From: an uncultured Actinomycetota bacterium
Lineage (GTDB): Bacteria > Actinomycetota > Actinomycetes > Actinomycetales > CAWJMD01
NCBI GenBank assembly: GCA_963843835.1
Contig: CAWJMD010000004.1
Coordinates: 73,526-137,525, forward strand
Direction of reading: 5' to 3'
Length of the DNA: 64,000 nucleotides
Shown here: positions 1 to 9,521 of the stretch, piece by piece
Layout: each line of letters begins with the position of its first letter
How positions within the stretch are numbered: position 1 is the first letter of the stretch
Translations under genes and position numbers: made by a program
Notes under the pieces: generated by a model
Seen by the model: only the letters and a program-made list of their open reading frames with translations
Databases searched by the model: none
Told to the model about the DNA's origin: nothing

Positions 1-232
1 GGCGCCTGCGCCACGTGTCGGTGTGCAGGTTGACCAGGACGCGCCGGGCGTACGACAGCGCGTCCTCGCGGCGAACCCGCGACCACGCCACGTACGTGCG
101 CACCAGCGTGGCCTGCACGAGCTCGTCGGCGCGGTGCCCGTCCCCGGTCAGGAGCCAGGCCGTCCTCGACAGGTAGGCCGCGGAGTCGCTGGCGAACGCG
201 GTGAACTCGGCGTCGGTGGTTCGGCTTCTCAC
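1..232 (-). CDS. ECF (SigE-family) RNA polymerase sigma factor, N-terminal part; gene runs off the left edge
   Basis: Reverse translation from GTG at 232 gives VRSRTTDAEFTAFASDSAAYLSRTAWLLTGDGHRADELVQATLVRTYVAWSRVRREDALSYARRVLVNLHTDTWRRR, a typical sigma-70 region 2 of actinobacterial ECF sigmas. It is not in the ORF track because it is truncated by the window edge. Confidence 0.6.
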   Translation of the reverse strand, partial: MRSRTTDAEFTAFASDSAAYLSRTAWLLTGDGHRADELVQATLVRTYVAWSRVRREDALSYARRVLVNLHTDTWRRR

Positions 233-293
233 ACCTGTCCCTACGCGCGGGTCGGAGGAATGGTTCTGTCCGGTGCGCGGTGAGGTGCTCGGA

Positions 294-875
294 TCAGAAG
301 ACGGTGTACGTCTTGCGGGAGATCGAGAACCCCTTGCCCGTCGCGGTGTTCTCGCAGCGCATTCCCGCTTCGCTCGAGCTGCAGGTGAACGTGCCGGCGC
401 TGATGCTGCGGCCGTAGCCGAGCTCCTGCGTCGCGCCGAGCACGGTGCTGCGAGCGCAGGTCAGCTGCCCCTCGCCGGCGGCGACCACGAGCCCCTGACC
501 CCAGGTGGCGGTGCACGAGGGGGGCGCCGGAGTGGGCTCCCACTCACGCTCCTCGATGTCGCAGCGCGCCACCTCGACCGTCAGGAAGCAGCCGATGTTG
601 CCGCTCGGCGAGGAGAACTGGATGGCGGGAGCCGGCTCGGCGGGCGCGGGGGCCGAGGTCTCGCCGTCGGTGGGAGTGGGCGCCGGTGGCAGTCCTCCCG
701 CCTGCGGGTTGCCCTGGACGCCGAAGGCGTCGTCGCCTGCTTCACCGATGCTGGTCAGCGAGTTCACCGCCATCACGACGGCGACGATGCAGAGCACGAC
801 GCCGAAGCCCATCGCGATGGCGGTGTTCCGTCGTCTGAGCTTCTCCCGGTCGTCGACCTGTGGAGGGAGGGTCAC
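294..875 (-). CDS. membrane-anchored Cys-rich hypothetical protein
   Basis: In-track ORF 294..929. One TM helix (AIAMGFGVVLCIVAVVMAV), a Pro/Ala linker and a 6-Cys extracytoplasmic domain. Start placed at GTG 875, which forms a GTGA overlap with the pepP stop (872-874). Confidence 0.55.
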   Translation of the reverse strand: MTLPPQVDDREKLRRRNTAIAMGFGVVLCIVAVVMAVNSLTSIGEAGDDAFGVQGNPQAGGLPPAPTPTDGETSAPAPAEPAPAIQFSSPSGNIGCFLTVEVARCDIEEREWEPTPAPPSCTATWGQGLVVAAGEGQLTCARSTVLGATQELGYGRSISAGTFTCSSSEAGMRCENTATGKGFSISRKTYTVF

Positions 876-2413
876 CGGAGCTCCGCGGCTGCCGTCGAGT
901 CCGGCGACGGTCGCAGTGCGGCCATCCACTTCTCGACGTCACGGCTGGTGCGGGGCAGTGCGCCGGAGAGGTTCTCGCAGCCGTCGGCCGTCACCAGCAC
1001 GTCGTCCTCGATCCGCACGCCGATGCCTCGCAGCTCGGCGGGAGCGGACTCGTCGTCCTCCTTGAAGTACAGGCCGGGCTCGATCGTGAAGACCATCCCC
1101 GGCTCGAGCACCGCGTCCAGGTACATCTCCCGCCTGGCCTGGGCGCAGTCGTGCACGTCGATGCCCAGGTGGTGGGAGGTGCCGTGGACCATCCAGCGGC
1201 GGTGGTAGCCACCGGTCTCACGGTCGAGCGACTCCTCGGCGCTCACCGGCAGCACGCCCCACTCGGCCAGCCGGCGGGCGATCACGCCCATCGCGGCCTC
1301 GTGCAGGTCGCGGAACCGCGATCCTGGCCGCGCCACCGCGAAGGCGGCGTCGGCCGCCTCGAGGACGGCCTCGTACACCCGCCGCTGGTCGTCGGTGAAG
1401 GTTCCGTCCACGGGGAGGGTCCGCGTGACGTCCGCCGTGTAGAGCGAGTCGACCTCGACCCCCGCGTCGACGAGGATGAGGTCTCCCTCGCGGACCCGGC
1501 CGTCGTTGCGGATCCAGTGGAGCGTGCACGCGTGGGGACCGGCGGCCGCGATGGTGTCGTAGCCGGTTCCGTTGCCCTCCCTCCGGGCGGTGGCGCTGAA
1601 CGCCGTCTCGACGACGCGCTCGCCGCGGGCATGGGCGACCGCGTCGGGCAGGACGCGGACGATCTCGTGGAAGCCGCGGACGCTCGCGTCGACGGCCCGG
1701 CGCATCTGCCCGATCTCCCACGCGTCCTTGACCAGGCGAAGCTCGGAGAGCGCCTCGGCGAGGGCGGCGTCGGCCGAGGCGTACTCCTCGTCGGTCAGGC
1801 CGCTGGCGGCGCGGGCCTCGGTGACGGCGCCGGTGACGGCGGAGTCCGCGTCCGGGACCACCCTCAGCCTCACCCCGTCCGCCCCGACGTCCTTGCGGAG
1901 CGCGTCGCCGAGCTCGTCGATGTGCGCGCAGCGCAGACCCAGCTCGGCCTCCACCTCCGCGAGGCTGGGCCGCACCCCCACCCACAGCTCGCCGTAGCGG
2001 GCGTCGGCGTAGAACTCCTCGGTGTCCCGCTCGGCCCGCGGGCGGAAGTAGAGGACGGCCTCGTGGGTGCCCGTGCCCTGCACGGTCGGGTGGAGCACGA
2101 GGACGGCGTCGGGCTCGCGGTCCGTGCCCAGACCGGTCAGGTGGGCGAAGGCGGAGTGCGGACGGAAGCGGTAGTCGCAGTCGTTGTTGCGCACCTTCAG
2201 CGGACCGGCGGGAAGGACCAGGCGCTCGCCCGGGAAGCGGGCGCCGATAGCCTGCCTGCGCACGGCCGCGTAGCCGGCCACCTCCGCCCGGTCGGGCAGC
2301 GCGTCGGGCCGCGGCGCCCAGCCTGCGGAGATGAACTCGCGGAAGGCGGCCGACGACGGACGCTGGCTCCGGTTGTCGCCACGCTCGGACATCGGCTGGT
2401 TCTCGTCGCTCAT
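872..2413 (-). CDS. pepP: Xaa-Pro aminopeptidase (M24B, aminopeptidase P)
   Basis: C-terminal 514 aa of the 877-aa ORF, from MSDENQPMSERG (ATG 2413). Shows the creatinase-like N-domain and M24 metal ligands (ILVDAGVEVDSLYTADVTRT, HGTSHHLGIDVHD, FTIEPGLY, GIGVRIEDD). Confidence 0.9.
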   Translation of the reverse strand: MSDENQPMSERGDNRSQRPSSAAFREFISAGWAPRPDALPDRAEVAGYAAVRRQAIGARFPGERLVLPAGPLKVRNNDCDYRFRPHSAFAHLTGLGTDREPDAVLVLHPTVQGTGTHEAVLYFRPRAERDTEEFYADARYGELWVGVRPSLAEVEAELGLRCAHIDELGDALRKDVGADGVRLRVVPDADSAVTGAVTEARAASGLTDEEYASADAALAEALSELRLVKDAWEIGQMRRAVDASVRGFHEIVRVLPDAVAHARGERVVETAFSATARREGNGTGYDTIAAAGPHACTLHWIRNDGRVREGDLILVDAGVEVDSLYTADVTRTLPVDGTFTDDQRRVYEAVLEAADAAFAVARPGSRFRDLHEAAMGVIARRLAEWGVLPVSAEESLDRETGGYHRRWMVHGTSHHLGIDVHDCAQARREMYLDAVLEPGMVFTIEPGLYFKEDDESAPAELRGIGVRIEDDVLVTADGCENLSGALPRTSRDVEKWMAALRPSPDSTAAAELR

Positions 2414-2530
2414 GCCGCCGATCTTCCCACGTGACCGAGCCCACGCCTGCGCTGTGTGGGCCGACCCGCTCCCACCCGGCAGGATGGCCGCAGTCCCGCA
2501 GGCGATGTCGCCGGTCACCAGGAGGTCCTC

Positions 2531-3034
2531 ATGCAGTTCGGTCGCACCTACGAGGAGTTCGAGGTCGGTGCGGTGTACCGGCACTGGCCGGGGAAGACGG
2601 TGACGGAGTACGACGACCACCTCTTCTGCCTGCTGACGATGAACCACCATCCGCTGCACCTGGACGCGAACTACGCGTCGACGACCCCGCAGGGCCGCAA
2701 CGTGGTCGTGGGCAACTACGTCTACTCGCTGCTCCTGGGCATGAGCGTGCCGGACGTCTCGGGCAAGGCCATCGCCAACCTGGAGGTGTCGTCGCTGCGC
2801 CACGTGGCGCCGACGTTCCACGGTGACACGCTCTACGGCGAGACGACCGTGCTCGACAAGCGGGAGTCCAAGAGCAAGGACGACCGCGGCGTCGTGACCG
2901 TCGAGACCCGCGGTCACAACCAGGACGGGGTCCTGGTGTGCGTCTTCCAACGGGCCGTGATGGTGCCCAAGCAGAGCTACCTGGACGCCCGCGGCGGCGA
3001 GCACCCGGGCCGTCCCACCCCGGTCGAGGGCTGA
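2531..3034 (+). CDS. MaoC-family (R-specific enoyl-CoA hydratase-like) dehydratase
   Basis: Starts MQFGRTYEEFEVGAVYRHWPGKTVTE with GGAGG 5 nt upstream of ATG 2531. Hot-dog fold motifs NHHPLHLD and VVGNYVYSLL. Confidence 0.85.
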   Translation: MQFGRTYEEFEVGAVYRHWPGKTVTEYDDHLFCLLTMNHHPLHLDANYASTTPQGRNVVVGNYVYSLLLGMSVPDVSGKAIANLEVSSLRHVAPTFHGDTLYGETTVLDKRESKSKDDRGVVTVETRGHNQDGVLVCVFQRAVMVPKQSYLDARGGEHPGRPTPVEG

Positions 3035-3080
3035 CCGTGCCCCGGCGCGTGGAGCCGGTCCCGCCCCTACGCTGTGCGGC

Positions 3081-3923
3081 GTGCTGATCGACCTCCACGC
3101 CCACTCCACAGCCTCGGACGGCACCGGCCCTCCCGAGGTGGTCGTCGCCGAGGCGGCGGAGGCGGGAGTGGACGTGCTGGCGCTCACGGACCACGACACC
3201 ACGTCCGGCTGGGAGGCGGCGGCTCGAGCGGCCGAGCAGCACGGTCTCGCGCTGGTCAGGGGTGTCGAGGTCTCCTGCGACCGGGACGGTCTGAGCATCC
3301 ACCTGCTGGCGTACCTGCCGGACCCGACCGAACCGGCGCTGCTCGAGGCGCTCGAGGCGTCGCGCGCGTCGAGGGAGCACCGGGCCGAGCTGATGGTGGC
3401 CAGGCTGGGCGAGGACTTCCCGCTCACCTGGGCCGACGTGCTCGAGCAGGTCGACGAGGGCGCGACGATCGGTCGTCCCCACCTGGCCGACGCCCTGGTC
3501 GCCAAGGGCCTGATGGCCGACCGCGACGAGGCGTTCGCGACCGTGCTGGCCCAGGGCTCGCGCTACCACGTGTTCCACGACGCCCCGGACCCGGTCGACG
3601 CGGTGCGGCTCGTGCTGGGCGCCGGGGGAGTGCCCGTCGTCGCGCACGCGCTGGCCGTGGCCCGCGGGCGCGTCATGGGCGAGGACCTGATCGAGGAGAT
3701 GGTCGCAGCCGGGCTGGCCGGGGTGGAGGTCGAGCACCGTGACCACGACGCCGACGCCCGACACCGGCTGCGGGCCATCGCCCGGGCCCACCGGCTGATC
3801 GAGACCGGGGCCAGCGACTACCACGGGAAGGGCAAGCAGAACCGACTCGGCGAGCACGCCACCTCGCCGGAGGCGCTGGCGCGGATCGAGGCGATGGGGG
3901 TGCTGCCGGTGCTGCGGCCGTGA
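3081..3923 (+). CDS. PHP-domain metal-dependent phosphoesterase (TrpH/YciV-like)
   Basis: MLIDLHAHSTASDGT...LALTDHDT...AHA...EVEHRDH...SDYHG, the characteristic PHP His/Asp motifs. Confidence 0.85.
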   Translation: MLIDLHAHSTASDGTGPPEVVVAEAAEAGVDVLALTDHDTTSGWEAAARAAEQHGLALVRGVEVSCDRDGLSIHLLAYLPDPTEPALLEALEASRASREHRAELMVARLGEDFPLTWADVLEQVDEGATIGRPHLADALVAKGLMADRDEAFATVLAQGSRYHVFHDAPDPVDAVRLVLGAGGVPVVAHALAVARGRVMGEDLIEEMVAAGLAGVEVEHRDHDADARHRLRAIARAHRLIETGASDYHGKGKQNRLGEHATSPEALARIEAMGVLPVLRP

Positions 3924-4543
3924 GCGCCCTGGACGGGGCCGTGGACCTGCGTCTGCTCGGTGAGACGTTCGTGACGCTGTTCGTCATCATGGACCCACCC
4001 GGCACGGTGCCGATCTTCCTCGGCCTCACCTCGACGATGACGGCCTCCGCGCGGGGCCGGGCCGCCCGGCAGGCGGTGCTGGTGGCCCTGCTCGTGATCA
4101 CCCTCTTCGCCGTGTTCGGCCAGGGGATCCTGTCGTACCTGCACATCACCCTGCCCGCCCTGCAGGGGGCCGGTGGTCTGCTGCTGCTCCTGGTCGCGCT
4201 CGACCTGCTCACCGGCAAGGCCGACGAGCCGTCCGCGGACGCCGACGTGAACGTCGCACTCGTCCCCCTCGGTACTCCTCTGCTCGCCGGCCCCGGCGCC
4301 ATCGTGGCCACGATGGTCTTCGTCCAGCAGGCCGAGGAGGCGGCCGACGTCGTGGCGGTGGGCCTGGGGATCGTGCTGGTACACGTCTCGCTCTACCTGG
4401 CGATGCGCTTCGCGAGCCAGATCCACCGGGTGCTCGGCGAGAGCGGTGTCGTGCTGGTCACGCGCATCGCCGGGCTGCTGCTGTCGGCGATCGCGGTCCA
4501 GCTGGTCGCCGACGCCGTCCGCGCGTTCGTCGAGACAGGCTGA
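3920..4543 (+). CDS. MarC-family (UPF0056) integral membrane protein
   Basis: FVTLFVIMDPPGTVPIFLGLT motif and six predicted TM segments. GTGA overlap with the upstream PHP gene stop. Confidence 0.85.
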   Translation: MSALDGAVDLRLLGETFVTLFVIMDPPGTVPIFLGLTSTMTASARGRAARQAVLVALLVITLFAVFGQGILSYLHITLPALQGAGGLLLLLVALDLLTGKADEPSADADVNVALVPLGTPLLAGPGAIVATMVFVQQAEEAADVVAVGLGIVLVHVSLYLAMRFASQIHRVLGESGVVLVTRIAGLLLSAIAVQLVADAVRAFVETG

Positions 4544-4605
4544 CCCCACCCCCACCCCGCACCCCTCGCGAACGGTGAGGGGGACGTGGGGAGTCGGGTA
4601 CCTGG

Positions 4606-4983
4606 TCAGTGGCGGACTGTGCCGAGCACGAACCAGACCTGCTTGCCCCGGTGGTCCGGGACACAGCCCCACTTGTCGGCCAGCACGTCGACGAGCTGGA
4701 GGCCGCGGCCGTCCTCGTCCTCGGGCTCGGGATCGTGCATCTCGACCCCGCCCTCGACCTGGTCCTGCACCTCGACGCGCAGGCTCGACTGCTCGAGTCC
4801 CGCGCTGAGCAGGATCGGGGCCGCGCCGTGGCGGATGGCGTTCGTCACCAGCTCGCTGGTGAGCAGGATCGCGACGTCGGCGCTGTCCCCGTTGACGCCC
4901 CACTGGTCGAGGGCCCTCGCGAGGGCGCGGCGAGCCCGGCTGACCTCTCGTGGCCCCGAGCCCAGCTCCGCGATCAACTCCAC
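4606..4983 (-). CDS. HATPase_c-like ATP-binding protein (RsbW/SpoIIAB-type anti-sigma kinase-like)
   Basis: 125 aa with LLTSELVTNAIRHG (N-box) and DGRGLQLVDVLADKWG (G-box-like). Confidence 0.65.
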   Translation of the reverse strand: MELIAELGSGPREVSRARRALARALDQWGVNGDSADVAILLTSELVTNAIRHGAAPILLSAGLEQSSLRVEVQDQVEGGVEMHDPEPEDEDGRGLQLVDVLADKWGCVPDHRGKQVWFVLGTVRH

Positions 4984-5106
4984 AGGGGGGATTGTTCACC
5001 ATGGGAGGGCGCCGGGGCAGAATGCCACGCGAAGGGTGATCCGATCCCGTGACCACCGGCGACCGTGAGTGACCGCGCTCGACCTGCCGACAGAGAAGAG
5101 GATCGT

Positions 5107-5880
5107 GTGACCCGGGTTCTCGCCGTGGCCAACCAGAAGGGCGGGGTGGCCAAGACCACGACCGTCGCGTCGCTGGGCTCTGCCTTCGCCGAGCGGGGCC
5201 TGCGCGTGCTGCTGGTCGACCTCGACGCGCAGGCGTGCCTGACGTTCAGCCTCGGCGTCGACCCCGACGCCGTCGACGCCAGCCTGCACGACGCGCTCGT
5301 GGGTACCGTGGCCGCCGCGGACCTGGTGGTGGAGATCGCCGAGCGGGTGGACCTGCTGCCCGCGGCGATCGACCTCGCCGGCACCGAGGCGCAGCTCCTG
5401 GCCCGGCCCGGGCGCGAGTACCTGCTGCGGACGCTGCTCGAGCCACTGCAGGCGGACTACGACGTGGTCGTCCTCGACTGCTCGCCGTCCCTCGGGGTGC
5501 TCACGCTCAACGCCCTGACGGCCGCGGACGAGGTCCTGGTCCCGCTGCAGTGCGAGATGCTCAGCCACCGCGGGGTCGGCCAGCTGCTCGACACGGTGGC
5601 CGACGTGCAGCGGATCCTCAACCGGGACCTGCTCGTCCGGGGTCTGCTGCCGACCATGTTCGACGGGCGGACGTCGCACGCGCAGGCCGTCCTCGCGGAC
5701 CTGGAGGAGAGGTACGGCGTGCCGGTGCTGCTGCCGCCGATCCCGAAGTCGATCCGCTTCGCCGAGGCGCCCGCGCTCGGCCGGTCGATCCTGTCGACGG
5801 CGCGGTCGTCGAAGGGCGCGAAGGCCTACCGGGAGGTCGCCGCCGGCCTGATGTCGGGCTGGGGGATGCCCTCGGCCTGA
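5107..5880 (+). CDS. ParA/Soj-like P-loop ATPase (orphan)
   Basis: VLAVANQKGGVAKTTTVASLG deviant Walker A, VLLVDLDAQ, VVVLDCSPSLG. The track ORF begins at 5065. GTG 5107 is preferred by comparison with short-N-terminus ParA-like proteins, so the start is uncertain. Confidence 0.85.
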   Translation: MTRVLAVANQKGGVAKTTTVASLGSAFAERGLRVLLVDLDAQACLTFSLGVDPDAVDASLHDALVGTVAAADLVVEIAERVDLLPAAIDLAGTEAQLLARPGREYLLRTLLEPLQADYDVVVLDCSPSLGVLTLNALTAADEVLVPLQCEMLSHRGVGQLLDTVADVQRILNRDLLVRGLLPTMFDGRTSHAQAVLADLEERYGVPVLLPPIPKSIRFAEAPALGRSILSTARSSKGAKAYREVAAGLMSGWGMPSA

Positions 5881-5898
5881 CGTGACCGGGTGCTGAGC

Positions 5899-6306
5899 TC
5901 ACACCCAGAGCGACCCGGTCAGAGCCACCAGGGCACCTGCGAGTCGTACCCGATCGCCGCGCAGGAGGCGATCCAGCACCACCGCTGCGTGCCCGTCCCG
6001 GCCGAGCCGGGAGTGCGCCGGGGCCGCCACGAGAGCGGTCATCAGGACGGCGAGCGCGTTCCCGGCGAGGGCGGCCACGAGCGGCAGCGAGAGCGGGAGC
6101 ACGACCAGCGCCCACAGGCCCGCGGACGCCACCGCCACGTAGGCGACGCCGACCACCCCGACGATGCGCCGCGAGTGGGCCGCGTGCGCCTGCTGCCACC
6201 GGTCGGGCGGCACGTCGGCGAGGGCGGGGTAGACCACCACCGTCACGACGAGCTGGAAGCCGGCGTGCAGCGCGGTGGCTGCCAGCAGCGCCTGGTCGGC
6301 CTGCAT
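5899..6306 (-). CDS. small integral membrane protein, DUF1772-like
   Basis: 135 aa with four hydrophobic helices and a YPALADVPPDRW motif reminiscent of the DUF1772/anthrone-oxygenase-like family. Confidence 0.55.
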   Translation of the reverse strand: MQADQALLAATALHAGFQLVVTVVVYPALADVPPDRWQQAHAAHSRRIVGVVGVAYVAVASAGLWALVVLPLSLPLVAALAGNALAVLMTALVAAPAHSRLGRDGHAAVVLDRLLRGDRVRLAGALVALTGSLWV

Positions 6307-6377
6307 CGCGCCTCCGTGCGTCGCTCGTGGTGCCCGCGGGCCCGTGACCCTGGCCGGTCACGCGCCGCGGGAACCGG

Positions 6378-8165
6378 TCAGTCGCCGGAGGTGCCTGCGG
6401 GCTGGCTCGCCGAGGCCTGGCCGCCGCCTCCGGAGCGACGGCGGCGGCGACGCCGACCGCCCTCGCTGCCGCCCGAGCCGCCGGCCGACTCGGCCGGGCC
6501 GTTCTGGCTGGACGCCGCGGCGCCACCCTCGACCGGCTCCCCGTTGCGGGTGCGCCGACGGTTGCGCGTGCGCGGCTGGCGTTCGCCGTCCTCGCGCGGA
6601 CGGTCGCCCTCGCGGGGGCGGTCGCCCTCGCGGGGACCCGACCGCGAACGGCCTCGGTCGCCGTCACGGCCACGAGCGCCGCGGTCGCCGCGGTCGCCGC
6701 GGTCGCCCCGGTCGCTGTCGCGACCCCGGCCGCCGCCGGCCGCCTTGCCGGTCTCGCCGAGGTCCTCGAGCACCTCGGCGTCCAGGCCGGCGCGTGTCCG
6801 CTTGCTGCGCGGCAGGCGTCCGGTCGTGCCCTCGGGGATCCCCAGGTCGGTGTACAGGTGCGGCGAGGTCGAGTACGTCTCGAGCGGCTCGGGGATGCCG
6901 ATGTCGTGGGCCTTGTTGATCAGGCCCCATCGCGGCATGTCGTCCCAGTCGACGAACGTCACGGCCACGCCCTTGCGACCTGCGCGGCCGGTACGGCCGA
7001 TGCGGTGGACGTAGATCTTCTCGTCCTCGGTGCACTGGTAGTTGATGACGTGGGTCACGTCGTCGACGTCGATGCCGCGGGCGGCCACGTCGGTGGCGAC
7101 CAGCACGTCGACCTTGCCGTTGCGGAACGCGCGCAGCGCCTGCTCGCGGGCTCCCTGGCCGAGGTCGCCGTGGATGGCGCCGGCCGCGAAGCCGCGGTCG
7201 ATCAGCTCGTCCGCCACCTTGGCGGCCGTGCGCTTGGTGCGCGTGAAGACGATCGACAGGCCCCGGCCCTCGGACTGCAGGATGCGGGCCAGCACCTCGA
7301 CCTTGTCCATCGCGTGAGCGCGGTAGACGTGCTGCTTGATCGCCTTCACGATCGCGCCGGCGTCGTCGGGCTCGCTGGCGCGGATGTGGGTCGGCTGGCT
7401 CATGTAGCGGCGGGCCAGCGCCACGACGGCCCCCGGCATCGTGGCCGAGAACAGCATCGTGTGGCGGCCGGCGGGGGTCATGGAGAGCAGGCGCTCGACG
7501 TCGGGCAGGAAGCCCAGGTCGAGCATCTCGTCGGCCTCGTCGAGCACCACGGCCCGGGCGTGCGCGAGCGACAGGTGACCCTGCTGTGCGAGGTCCAGGA
7601 GCCGTCCGGGGGTGCCGACGACGACCTCGACGCCACGCTGGAGCGCCTCGACCTGCGGCTCGTAGGCCCGGCCGCCGTACACGGTGAGCACGCGGGCCGC
7701 GCGAAGGGCACTGGCCTGGTCGAGGTCACCGGAGACCTGCACGGCGAGCTCGCGGGTGGGGACGACCACGAGCGCCTGCGGCTTGCCCGGCTCGGCGAGG
7801 TCCTCGAAGCCGTCCTCGCCCGGGCCGACGACGTTCTGCAGCAGGGGGATGCCGAAGCCGAGCGTCTTGCCGGTCCCCGTCTTCGCCTGTCCGATGATGT
7901 CGTGGGACTGCAGGGCGACGGGCAGCGTCATGGCCTGGATCGGGAAGGGGTGGACGATGCCGGCCTTCGCGAGCGCCTCGACGATCTCCGGCTGCACGCC
8001 GAAGTCGGCGAACGTCTTGTCGGGTGCCACAGGCTCCACGTCGGCGACGTCGATCGTCTCGATCGCGTCGGTCTCGTCGGCGACGGCCTGCGGGGCCAGG
8101 TCCGACCGCTCGTCGGGGCTGATGGTCTGGGGGAGACTGGTACTGGACTGGTTGGGCAAGGGCAC
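6378..8165 (-). CDS. rhlE: DEAD-box ATP-dependent RNA helicase with Arg/Gly/Asp-rich C-terminal tail
   Basis: Q-motif FADFGV...PFPIQ, AKTGTGKT, PTRELA, VLDEADEM, SAT and HRIGRTGRAG. Start set at GTG 8165, since the upstream part of the 876-aa ORF is non-coding-like. The tail is GRGRDSDRGDRGDRGDRG... Confidence 0.9.
   Translation of the reverse strand: MPLPNQSSTSLPQTISPDERSDLAPQAVADETDAIETIDVADVEPVAPDKTFADFGVQPEIVEALAKAGIVHPFPIQAMTLPVALQSHDIIGQAKTGTGKTLGFGIPLLQNVVGPGEDGFEDLAEPGKPQALVVVPTRELAVQVSGDLDQASALRAARVLTVYGGRAYEPQVEALQRGVEVVVGTPGRLLDLAQQGHLSLAHARAVVLDEADEMLDLGFLPDVERLLSMTPAGRHTMLFSATMPGAVVALARRYMSQPTHIRASEPDDAGAIVKAIKQHVYRAHAMDKVEVLARILQSEGRGLSIVFTRTKRTAAKVADELIDRGFAAGAIHGDLGQGAREQALRAFRNGKVDVLVATDVAARGIDVDDVTHVINYQCTEDEKIYVHRIGRTGRAGRKGVAVTFVDWDDMPRWGLINKAHDIGIPEPLETYSTSPHLYTDLGIPEGTTGRLPRSKRTRAGLDAEVLEDLGETGKAAGGGRGRDSDRGDRGDRGDRGARGRDGDRGRSRSGPREGDRPREGDRPREDGERQPRTRNRRRTRNGEPVEGGAAASSQNGPAESAGGSGGSEGGRRRRRRRSGGGGQASASQPAGTSGD
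6602..6637. repeat. 18-bp tandem duplication inside the helicase tail (encodes REGDRP x2)
   Basis: ggtcgccctcgcggggg / ggtcgccctcgcgggga read directly from the sequence. Confidence 0.8.
6681..6707. repeat. 9-bp x3 tandem repeat inside the helicase tail (encodes GDR x3)
   Basis: gcggtcgcc repeated three times in direct succession. Confidence 0.85.
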
Positions 8166-8330
8166 GCATACCTCATCGGTATCTGGCGGGGCCTCACGCC
8201 GGGTGATCAGACCTCCGGCGGGCCGCTCCGCATCGGGTCGGTAGCCGACCGGGGCTACGACCGGGCAACCGTGGGAACGAGCCCAGTGTAGCCCGCCGAG
8301 CCGTTCGAGGCCCCGACTAGGCTCCCGGCC

Positions 8331-9044
8331 ATGACCAGCGACCCCCCTCCGGGCACCGCGCAGGAACGCGGGCAGCCGACCGCGCCGGCCCCCGCCACCG
8401 ATGCCGTGGCAGATCTCCTCGGCGTGCTGGCGTACGCGGAGCTGACCGCCTTCGTGCGGGTCGCCGAGGACGCGGAGATGGCCCCGACCCTGCCCGCCAA
8501 GGCCGCGTTGGGGCGGATCGCCGTCACCGAGTTCGCCCACTTCGAGGCCCTCGTGGCCGGGCTGGAGCAGCGCGGAGCCGACCCGGAGCAGGCGATGACC
8601 CCGTTCGTGGCCGCCATCGACGCCTTCCACACCCGGACGGCGCCCAACGACTGGCTGGAGAGCCTGGTCAAGGCGTACGTGGGCGAGGGGATCGCCACGG
8701 ACTTCTACCGGGAGGTGGCCGAGTACGTCGACGCGGACACGCGCCGGCTGGTGCACGTGGTGCTCGCGGACACCGGGCAGGCCGAGTTCGCGGTCACGAC
8801 CGTGCGGGCCGCGATCGAGCAGGACCCGACGGTGGCCGGGCGCCTGGCGCTGTGGGGCCGGCGGCTGGTCGGCGAGGCCCTCAGCCAGGCCCAGCGGGTG
8901 GCGGCCGACCGCGACGCGCTGGCGCAGATCATGGTGGGTGCCCCGGGCGCAGCCGGCGCCGACCTGGTCGAGATCGGGCGGATGTTCAGCCGGCTCACCG
9001 AGGCGCACGCGGAGCGGATGACGCGGCTGGGTCTGACCGCCTGA
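8331..9044 (+). CDS. ferritin-like fold protein (conserved actinobacterial partner of the DEAD-box helicase)
   Basis: 237 aa with LAYAELTAFVRVAEDAE...EFAHFEAL...KAYVGEGIATDFYREVA helical di-iron-like repeats. Divergent from the helicase, as I recall for the Mtb Rv3211/Rv3212 arrangement. Confidence 0.7.
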   Translation: MTSDPPPGTAQERGQPTAPAPATDAVADLLGVLAYAELTAFVRVAEDAEMAPTLPAKAALGRIAVTEFAHFEALVAGLEQRGADPEQAMTPFVAAIDAFHTRTAPNDWLESLVKAYVGEGIATDFYREVAEYVDADTRRLVHVVLADTGQAEFAVTTVRAAIEQDPTVAGRLALWGRRLVGEALSQAQRVAADRDALAQIMVGAPGAAGADLVEIGRMFSRLTEAHAERMTRLGLTA

Positions 9045-9101
9045 ACGACGGAGGGCCGCACCGCGTGCGCGGTACGGCCCTCGTCGTGTCGTGCGCGGTC
9101 G

Positions 9102-9380
9102 TCAGCGGACCTGACGTCGTCCCGACACCCCGGCATACAGCGAGACCAGGACGGCTGCGGCGATGATCGAGATGATCCACCGGATCCAGTCGATCCCTGC
9201 GGTGTCACCCCCGCCGAGCGCGCCCCACACGAAGTAGCCGATCAGCGCGCCGATGATGCCGATCACGATCGTCATGAGGACGCTGATGTTCTGCCTCCCC
9301 GGCAGGACGAGCCGGGCGAGCACGCCGATGACTGCGCCGAAGATGATCGTGCCGATGATGCCGCCGATGGTGAGCTCCAT
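9102..9380 (-). CDS. GlsB/YeaQ/YmgE-family stress membrane protein
   Basis: 92 aa, MELTIGGIIGTIIFGAVIGVLARLVLPGRQNIS..., typical Gly-zipper TM helices of this family. Confidence 0.85.
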   Translation of the reverse strand: MELTIGGIIGTIIFGAVIGVLARLVLPGRQNISVLMTIVIGIIGALIGYFVWGALGGGDTAGIDWIRWIISIIAAAVLVSLYAGVSGRRQVR

Positions 9381-9521
9381 GGCCGGTCCTCTCTGAGGGC
9401 TCGCGCCCTCGACGTCAAGGGCGCCCTGACCGGGCGCCTCCGTGCGTCAGACGCTCCCACGCTCGGCCCACCATCGCGCGTCGACGCGCGGCAGTGGACC
9501 GAGCGTGCGCGGGGGAGGTGC

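Noticed and set aside
872-3505. 877-aa ORF suggesting a much longer aminopeptidase
   Set aside because: The region upstream of MSDENQ is antisense to the MaoC and PHP genes and has no peptidase similarity. The true start is taken as ATG 2413.
6602-6707. Short tandem repeats as a possible CRISPR-like or minisatellite array
   Set aside because: The units are 9-18 bp, contiguous without spacers, and in frame within the helicase coding sequence.
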